Part shown: positions 28,316 through 33,938 of the stretch, piece by piece
How the letters are laid out: each line of letters begins with the position of its first letter
How positions within the stretch are numbered: the first letter of the stretch is position 1
DNA from: an uncultured virus (IMG/VR IMGVR_UViG_3300027976_000013)
Taxonomy: Duplodnaviria; Heunggongvirae; Uroviricota; Caudoviricetes
IMG/VR virus record: IMGVR_UViG_3300027976_000013
DNA: 33,938 nt
Strand: one strand, 5' to 3'
The notes under the pieces: model-generated
The model's database searches: none
What the model was told of the DNA's origin: nothing
Seen by the model: only the letters and a program-made list of their open reading frames with translations
Made by a program: the position numbers and the translations under genes

Positions 28316-28362
28316 AATATCATATCACAAGTTGAGAATCTAATCAATTACGTTCAGTTGAA

Positions 28363-29403
28363 CTAGCTTCTTACGAGTATATTTCTTACGTGGACATATG
28401 CTGCTGCATCTTCGATCTGCGAAGCCACACGAACGTACTGGGTGTACTCAATCGTATCCTTCTTCGGCTTGAACTCACGGTAAACCGTGATGTCACGCTG
28501 AATACCGATAATACGGTTCTTCGGGAACGTAAGTTCCAGAACACCATGATTACCAGCAGCACCAGAATAGGAACCGGCTTCAGTTTCCGTGTACAACGGA
28601 ACCTCAAGAATCGGGATACCAAACGGGCGAATACCCTGAAGATAAGCAGTACCTGAACCACCGGAAGCGCCACCCATACCCTGATTGACAATTGCGTCTC
28701 CCAAAGTTGAGCCAGCAGAACCGCCAAGGCCGGAGCCAACAGCGGCACCATTGTTAGCAGTCGCATCCAGAGACAAGCTCCAAATGTAATCCTGAATCAG
28801 CGAGCTTGACGTAGAAAACGCAAGCTGCGCACGACGCTGGAGATACTTGTTAGGCAGCGCACGAAGGGCCTTATCAAAGACCGAACGAGTAAGATTGCCA
28901 CCAGCGGCATCTACAACGACAGCTGAAGTTCGAGCACGCTTCTGGAAGCCATCAAGAGACTTAAGGAGCGGATCAGCCGAAGCGACAAAGCCATTGATGT
29001 TGAGGTCTTCAAGATCATTGGCAGTCTGACCGGCCATGAGCGAAGCAACATGGTCTTCCAGAGAATCGCCTTCGATGTTATCTTCAAGGCCCTCAGTCGT
29101 AAGTTCCCAGTCAAGGCGAAGCTTGACAGTCGTCATCGAAATCTTCGAGAACGTAGGATCAGCATTGACACCATCGTCAGTAGCTTCAGTGGCCTTACGC
29201 ATGATGCGCTGGCCAATAGCAACCTTGTCAATGTCAACAGTCGGAGCGTTCATACGAACGATACGGGCTGTCTTCATAAGGACAGATTGATCAAACAAAT
29301 AATCGATGAACCGATTAGACTGAACGGCATTAAGAATGCCGCCAGAACCAGCACCGAGTGTGGTCGTATCAAGGACCTTTTCTAATAGATCTTTACTGCT
29401 CAT
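28363..29403 (-). CDS. major capsid protein (HK97 fold)
   Basis: GGILNAVQSNRFID, KLRLDWELTTEGLEDNIEG, NDLEDLNING, RALPNKY, IQRDITVYREFKPKKDTIEYT; GGAGGTG SD. Confidence 0.93.
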   Translation of the reverse strand: MSSKDLLEKVLDTTTLGAGSGGILNAVQSNRFIDYLFDQSVLMKTARIVRMNAPTVDIDKVAIGQRIMRKATEATDDGVNADPTFSKISMTTVKLRLDWELTTEGLEDNIEGDSLEDHVASLMAGQTANDLEDLNINGFVASADPLLKSLDGFQKRARTSAVVVDAAGGNLTRSVFDKALRALPNKYLQRRAQLAFSTSSSLIQDYIWSLSLDATANNGAAVGSGLGGSAGSTLGDAIVNQGMGGASGGSGTAYLQGIRPFGIPILEVPLYTETEAGSYSGAAGNHGVLELTFPKNRIIGIQRDITVYREFKPKKDTIEYTQYVRVASQIEDAAAYVHVRNILVRS

Positions 29404-29419
29404 TATTCACCTCCGTGAT

Positions 29420-31129
29420 TCATGATTTGTAGCCTAAAACCTTAACGATTTCGGCCGGAACGAAAAGTCCGCCCCAAAAGCTTTCCGAAGCGGCGCTCTT
29501 TTGGAGAACATCTTCATCTGCAATGATGTCAGCTTCTACGTCGTCTGACTTTTTTTCTGCGCCTGAGTTAGCAACCTTCTCAAGATCGCTGGAAAGCTCT
29601 TCAGCTGACTCTTTTACCTCAGAAACGGACTTCTCGATGGCATCGATCTTTCCGTCAATTTCTGCTGTAATGTCAGCCTTAACCTTTTCCAGCTTCTCAT
29701 CAAGAAGAGCGCCAAGTCCTTCAAGAACTTTCTCGAAATCCATTTCTTCTCCTTCTACTTCACCTTCAGGTGAAATCTTATCTTCCGACTTTTCCAAAGT
29801 AAGAAGAGTAGAATCTTCAACACCCTGACCAGTCAGATCTTCATTAGCATCAGTCAAATTCTCTGAAGATTCAGGAATTGTGACACTAACATTCTTTTCG
29901 AATACTTCCCCGCCGATATTTACAACGACATGGGGGGAAGTGGATGCAGTAAGTTGACCGGTATAGTTCATCTTATTGACATCAATAGCATCAGACCTCT
30001 CTTCGACATCCTTGCCGAAAAGGAATGATCCAAGCTTTGAAAGCACAGTTTGCTTTTGAATGTCAGTGAAGTCTTGTTCAGTCATAACATCAACCTTATC
30101 AGTATTCTTTGACAATAGCAAATTATCGTTATTTTCATCAACCATAATATCTCCTATAATAGAAATTTCTTGAACATCATTAGAAACCTTCAATTGTAAG
30201 GCCCACTTTTGATGTTTCTCAATTTTCTCTGCAATTAAATCGCAGACACCTTGCTGATTGGCAGCATCGGCAATCGTTAAAGCATTCTTCAAACTACCAA
30301 TCACAACATCATTATCTTTAGCGAGAGCTTGAACGAGAGACTGGACATCGCCAGACTTCACTAGCTCGCTGCTAATGTCTACAAGGGAATCAGGCTCAAT
30401 AGAGTCACTAGAGGACTTATCCTCATCCCCCCGGACTTCGTCAACGCCAGAGATTACTTTATCGAATGAGTGCTCGATAGTCTCAATGAACTTATTGACT
30501 AAAATATTGTCATAATCCTCGGATTTTCCGATGATGAGCATTTCGCTGTCACATGTAGGGCATCCGCTATCTCCACCGACGGAAACGAAGTTGTCTTTGC
30601 CACAGTAAAATACATCTTGGACGCTCTCGGCAACATACTCCAGAGATCCGCCTACACTTTTGATCATTGCAAACATTCCGGCAGGATTGGCAGGATTATC
30701 GACAACACTAAGCTCTCCAAGCGTATAACCCATAATTTCAGTTACAAAACGCCCAACCTCTTCAGACATCCTCTTTTCCCGTCTCGAAATAGAGCCTCCG
30801 ATAGAAAATCCGCGTAAAGTTCCGTCAAGAATTTTCTGCCAAGTACTCTCCGCTCCCTTAGAAATGTATATAGAAACTTCAATACCTTGATAAGCTTTGC
30901 CCTTGTAAATGACGGGAACCACACGCCAATCGATCAATTTGCCTACAGCAATAGGAGAATGCATTTCTCGTATATTGCCTATCCAATTCGAAAAAGCCTC
31001 CACTGAGGCCTCAAAGTTTACAACGTCGTCTTCGAGATCTAGATTGTCGGCAGTCGCAATGCCTGTGACAATCCTTTGTTCCTTATTGATCTTTTGAAAC
31101 GGGAATGTAAAATTCAAATTAGAACGCAT
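29420..31129 (-). CDS. prohead protease fused to a scaffold region
   Basis: RIVTGIAT..D...D, IREMH, GTLRGFSIGG and ELSVVDNPANP protease motifs; Cys cluster; acidic coiled-coil C-terminus ending FWGG. Confidence 0.9.
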   Translation of the reverse strand: MRSNLNFTFPFQKINKEQRIVTGIATADNLDLEDDVVNFEASVEAFSNWIGNIREMHSPIAVGKLIDWRVVPVIYKGKAYQGIEVSIYISKGAESTWQKILDGTLRGFSIGGSISRREKRMSEEVGRFVTEIMGYTLGELSVVDNPANPAGMFAMIKSVGGSLEYVAESVQDVFYCGKDNFVSVGGDSGCPTCDSEMLIIGKSEDYDNILVNKFIETIEHSFDKVISGVDEVRGDEDKSSSDSIEPDSLVDISSELVKSGDVQSLVQALAKDNDVVIGSLKNALTIADAANQQGVCDLIAEKIEKHQKWALQLKVSNDVQEISIIGDIMVDENNDNLLLSKNTDKVDVMTEQDFTDIQKQTVLSKLGSFLFGKDVEERSDAIDVNKMNYTGQLTASTSPHVVVNIGGEVFEKNVSVTIPESSENLTDANEDLTGQGVEDSTLLTLEKSEDKISPEGEVEGEEMDFEKVLEGLGALLDEKLEKVKADITAEIDGKIDAIEKSVSEVKESAEELSSDLEKVANSGAEKKSDDVEADIIADEDVLQKSAASESFWGGLFVPAEIVKVLGYKS

Positions 31130-31151
31130 TTATGATCCTCCGATCATATTA

Positions 31152-31180
31152 AGTGTAGGTAAAGTTTGATATAAAGTCAA
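31152..31180 (-). promoter_or_regulatory. sigma70-type promoter TTGACT-N17-TACACT for the head operon
   Basis: Near-consensus hexamers with a 17-nt spacer; GGAGG SD downstream. Confidence 0.7.
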
Positions 31181-31214
31181 GTTATGAATTGCTAGATTAT
31201 CATGATGGCCTCGA

Positions 31215-32054
31215 CTACCAGCCAACGGCAATGTAGTTGACACGCGAATCGGCAATAGCAGACTCTAAGACGTATGTGCCGTAAGGTGCGGTCGACGAAT
31301 AGCTCCATGCCCTGTAAACAAACGTAGTCCTCGTCTGGGACACGACCCCCACAAGTTTGGTGGTGACGCCTACATCGCCGCTCGTTATCACCAAAGAAAC
31401 CATTCCGTTAGCAAATCCTGAACCCGCCAATGTCACTGTTGCCTGTCCTCCACTCAAGGTGTTGACAGAAGACCCCGCAATGACCCTGTATCCCCCTCCC
31501 GAGACTTCGGGAGCGGTACCACCTGTTATGGAACCACCAACACCCTTCACCCTCAGTCTTTCAACCGCTGTCATAGTAGCCACACCAGCAGAGGTCATAG
31601 TAATGTCGCTACTCACTTTTGCAAAGATGTATGTTGCGATACGAGACATCAAAGACTTACGGGCAGTGGCCTGACTTGCGTCATAAATTGGGAATGTATC
31701 AGCATCGACCAGAGCCTCTCCAGTTGTGGTTAGAGAATTGATGTCAAGAGCGGAACCTGCGAGGCTCACGTTCCAAGACGCCTTTGTTCCACTCCCCCCA
31801 ATTATGTCCACCGTCACGGTAACTGCAAGTCCAGATACCCCAGTGATGACACCCTCGCACCAATTTGCTGACGGAGCGGCGTTGTCAGCAACTCGGACGC
31901 GAGATCCGAGATTGAACGCTCCGAGAATATTGAACGTCCATGTCTTAGAACCTTTGCCAATAAGAACACTGGTTGCGGAAGTGACTCCGTCATATCCGGC
32001 AGCGCTATTGAACGCTACCCATGCTGCCCCATCGTAATACTTCAATACTGTCAT
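31215..32054 (-). CDS. fiber/decoration-like virion protein (279 aa)
   Basis: LKYYDGAAWV N-terminus; Gly/Ser/Thr-rich beta domains; C-terminal VNYIAVGW (H-type lectin/gp53-like ending); shares a module with the collagen protein. Confidence 0.65.
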   Translation of the reverse strand: MTVLKYYDGAAWVAFNSAAGYDGVTSATSVLIGKGSKTWTFNILGAFNLGSRVRVADNAAPSANWCEGVITGVSGLAVTVTVDIIGGSGTKASWNVSLAGSALDINSLTTTGEALVDADTFPIYDASQATARKSLMSRIATYIFAKVSSDITMTSAGVATMTAVERLRVKGVGGSITGGTAPEVSGGGYRVIAGSSVNTLSGGQATVTLAGSGFANGMVSLVITSGDVGVTTKLVGVVSQTRTTFVYRAWSYSSTAPYGTYVLESAIADSRVNYIAVGW

Positions 32055-32076
32055 GTTTCTCCTTCATAGATAGTGA

Positions 32077-32790
32077 TCATGCTGTCAAACCGTAGTTTCG
32101 AGAACTGTATGCAATCTTATTGTGAAGCCAATAAGAAAAGTCGTCGGTTATATTCGGAGGTGTTACGCGTTGTCTAGCCGCAGTGTCGCCATTCAGATAT
32201 TTCACTACAGACTGATCTGGGAGTTGGGTTCTAATCCATAACTCTAAATCAACAGGCATATCTAGTTCGGTCAACAGGAGATCTGCTGTGACTGCTGGAA
32301 GGCTTTCTACCCCCAATAGCAAGTAGGCATCCCTCCATTCAAACATCAGTTTGAATAGTTCTTGAAGGGTTCGTGCGGCCGAGTTCCAGTGCATGTCGAG
32401 CAAAATCTCTTCAGAGTCTCTGTCTTTGAATTCGAGGTAACTAATGTAGCCAGCGGGTAGCGCAGTCATAACGGCTTGGCTAATCTCAAGCGCATCTTGT
32501 CGTCCAAAGCCGTTATCGCAGATCTTAAAATCTGCTGGGTTTTGGTCAAGTCTTCCACACGAACATCCTCCATTACCATCAGGGACATGGAACGACATTG
32601 GGCCGATAAACCCCCCGTCGCAACGACCGTTATCGTTCCACGAAGTTTCAATAAACTGGGCGGAAGCAAACCCAAATATCCCTTTTTGGTCCGTGCCATT
32701 GATGGTCTTCGCAAGATACCCAACACAACCAAACCCACTAGGTTCATCTTGTAGTAGCATTTTTGGTTTTTCTGATTCATTAATTGTCAT
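32077..32790 (-). CDS. hypothetical protein (237 aa) with a Cys/His cluster
   Basis: AAGGAG SD; tightly packed between two fiber-like genes; RCDGG..FHVP..CSCG. Confidence 0.75.
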   Translation of the reverse strand: MTINESEKPKMLLQDEPSGFGCVGYLAKTINGTDQKGIFGFASAQFIETSWNDNGRCDGGFIGPMSFHVPDGNGGCSCGRLDQNPADFKICDNGFGRQDALEISQAVMTALPAGYISYLEFKDRDSEEILLDMHWNSAARTLQELFKLMFEWRDAYLLLGVESLPAVTADLLLTELDMPVDLELWIRTQLPDQSVVKYLNGDTAARQRVTPPNITDDFSYWLHNKIAYSSRNYGLTA

Positions 32791-32800
32791 AATTCACTCC

Positions 32801-33938
32801 TTATAGTGAGAATCTAATAATGAAGTACATTTCTACTCCGCTGACAGAATGGGCATGATATGCAGTCTCATTACCAATTGATTGACTTGCATGAGTGTGT
32901 CCTACACTGGCATTACCAGAGTTCTTGCCCGAAGAACCTGACCCAACCACATGGGTATGTGTGACGCTCTGGCCCTGCACAGCACCTAGTGTGTGTGTAT
33001 GTAAGGCAGTTTGATTCCCTGTGCTAATGGTCTTTCCGACTGTCGGTGACGTTCCGGCTGCTAATCCGAAAAGTGACTTAGATGCCGTAAGGGGTAGCGT
33101 GAATGAAGCGCCAGCACCGCCATAGCGGTATCCAATTACCGCGAATAGTGCAGCATATGTCCCGGTAGTGGCAAGGCTAGCTCCATTGCAGAGGACGTAA
33201 CCTGTCGGTAGTGAAGTGTAAGCGGGCGAAGTACCACCCGATGCTGCCCCCGCCCACAACATTACCGATCCGATTGGGGCTGTGACCCGAGCGTCAACTG
33301 TAGCAACGCCAGCAGATGTCATAGTAATGTCACTACTTACTTTTGCAAAAATATACTTCGCAATACGGGACATCAAAGATTTGCGGTTGGTGGCCTGACT
33401 TGCGTCGTAAATTGAGAATACGTCAGCATCGACAAGGTCTTGCCCGGTTTCGGTGAGGGCGTTAGTGTCGTAGGCTGGGCCTTGCGGACCTTGAGCGCCA
33501 GTAGCGCCAGTAGAACCTTGAGCGCCAGTAGCGCCTTGAGGACCTTGGGGGCCAGTAGCGCCTTGCGAGCCAGTAGCGCCCTGTGGGCCTTGCGGTCCTT
33601 GAGGGCCTTGAGGCCCAGTGACTCCCTGAGGCCCAGTAGCCCCTTGAGCGCCAGTAGCGCCTTGAGGACCTTGAGGGCCCTGAGCGCCAGTAGCGCCTTG
33701 CGAGCCAGTAGCGCCTTGAGGGCCTTGCGGTCCTTGAGAGCCTTGAGCTCCAGTAGCGCCTTGCGAGCCAGTAGCGCCCTGAGGGCCTTGCGGTCCTTGA
33801 GAGCCCTGAGCGCCAGTAGCGCCTTGCGAGCCAGTAGCGCCCTGTGGGCCTTGCGGTCCTTGAGGGCCTTGAGGCCCAGTGACTCCCTGAGGCCCAGTAG
33901 CCCCTTGAGCGCCAGTAGCGCCTTGAGGACCTTGAGGG
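32801..33938 (-). CDS. collagen-repeat fiber protein with a phage tail-collar domain and HxH motifs; start lies beyond the right edge
   Basis: The frame stays open upstream of the tracked TTG 33376 to the window end, encoding ([12 protein letters not shown])n. It continues into [34 protein letters not shown] (collar) and four HxH motifs. Confidence 0.9.
   Translation of the reverse strand, partial: PQGPQGATGAQGATGPQGVTGPQGPQGPQGPQGATGSQGATGAQGSQGPQGPQGATGSQGATGAQGSQGPQGPQGATGSQGATGAQGPQGPQGATGAQGATGPQGVTGPQGPQGPQGPQGATGSQGATGPQGPQGATGAQGSTGATGAQGPQGPAYDTNALTETGQDLVDADVFSIYDASQATNRKSLMSRIAKYIFAKVSSDITMTSAGVATVDARVTAPIGSVMLWAGAASGGTSPAYTSLPTGYVLCNGASLATTGTYAALFAVIGYRYGGAGASFTLPLTASKSLFGLAAGTSPTVGKTISTGNQTALHTHTLGAVQGQSVTHTHVVGSGSSGKNSGNASVGHTHASQSIGNETAYHAHSVSGVEMYFIIRFSL
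33476..33938 (-). repeat. Gly-X-Y collagen-coding repeats, including a perfect 127-bp direct repeat (33551-33677 = 33812-33938)
   Basis: 9-nt periodic units. The two copies are offset by 261 nt (29 triplets), and the second is cut by the window edge. Confidence 0.9.

Noticed and set aside
28147..28347. 66-aa ORF or tRNA between the capsid gene and the next gene
   Set aside because: The ORF runs through a clear terminator, and no cloverleaf or TTCG/CCA arrangement was found.
31576..33469. Possible diversity-generating retroelement TR/VR pair
   Set aside because: Differences are mostly synonymous and not adenine-specific, both copies are internal coding modules, and no reverse transcriptase is present in the window.
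33476..33938. Possible CRISPR array or non-coding satellite
   Set aside because: The 9-nt periodicity encodes Gly-X-Y in an open frame, with no unique spacers.
1..33938. Stop-codon reassignment or alternative genetic code
   Set aside because: All recognisable genes are full length under the standard code, and TAA, TAG and TGA all terminate genes at sensible junctions.

Overview
A 33.9 kb segment of a large tailed dsDNA phage (siphovirus-type, HK97 fold). Essentially all real genes are on the minus strand. WhiB, DnaE and the structural gene order suggest an actinobacterial host and resemble large Streptomyces BE/BK-type phages (inference). In transcription order (right to left): collagen/collar fiber protein, two accessory virion genes, prohead protease-scaffold, major capsid, head-tail connectors, major tail, tail chaperones with a -1 frameshift site, 1956-aa tape measure, tail tip proteins, HNH, intein-containing metallophosphoesterase, holin-like protein, HNH, small regulators (Zn-ribbon, MerR-like, WhiB), intein-containing DnaB-type helicase, primase, gp32-like SSB, nucleotide-metabolism genes and the PHP end of a DnaE polymerase. 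Most notable: two class 3 (W-C-T) LAGLIDADG inteins, one starting with Met, both at GK|S sites in unrelated proteins; a half Dps/ferritin-like segment inside the capsid protease-scaffold; a ~200 nt multi-hairpin leader before the major tail gene; and a strongly conserved module shared by two fiber-like proteins upstream of the capsid genes. All family calls are from motif recognition by eye, without database searches.
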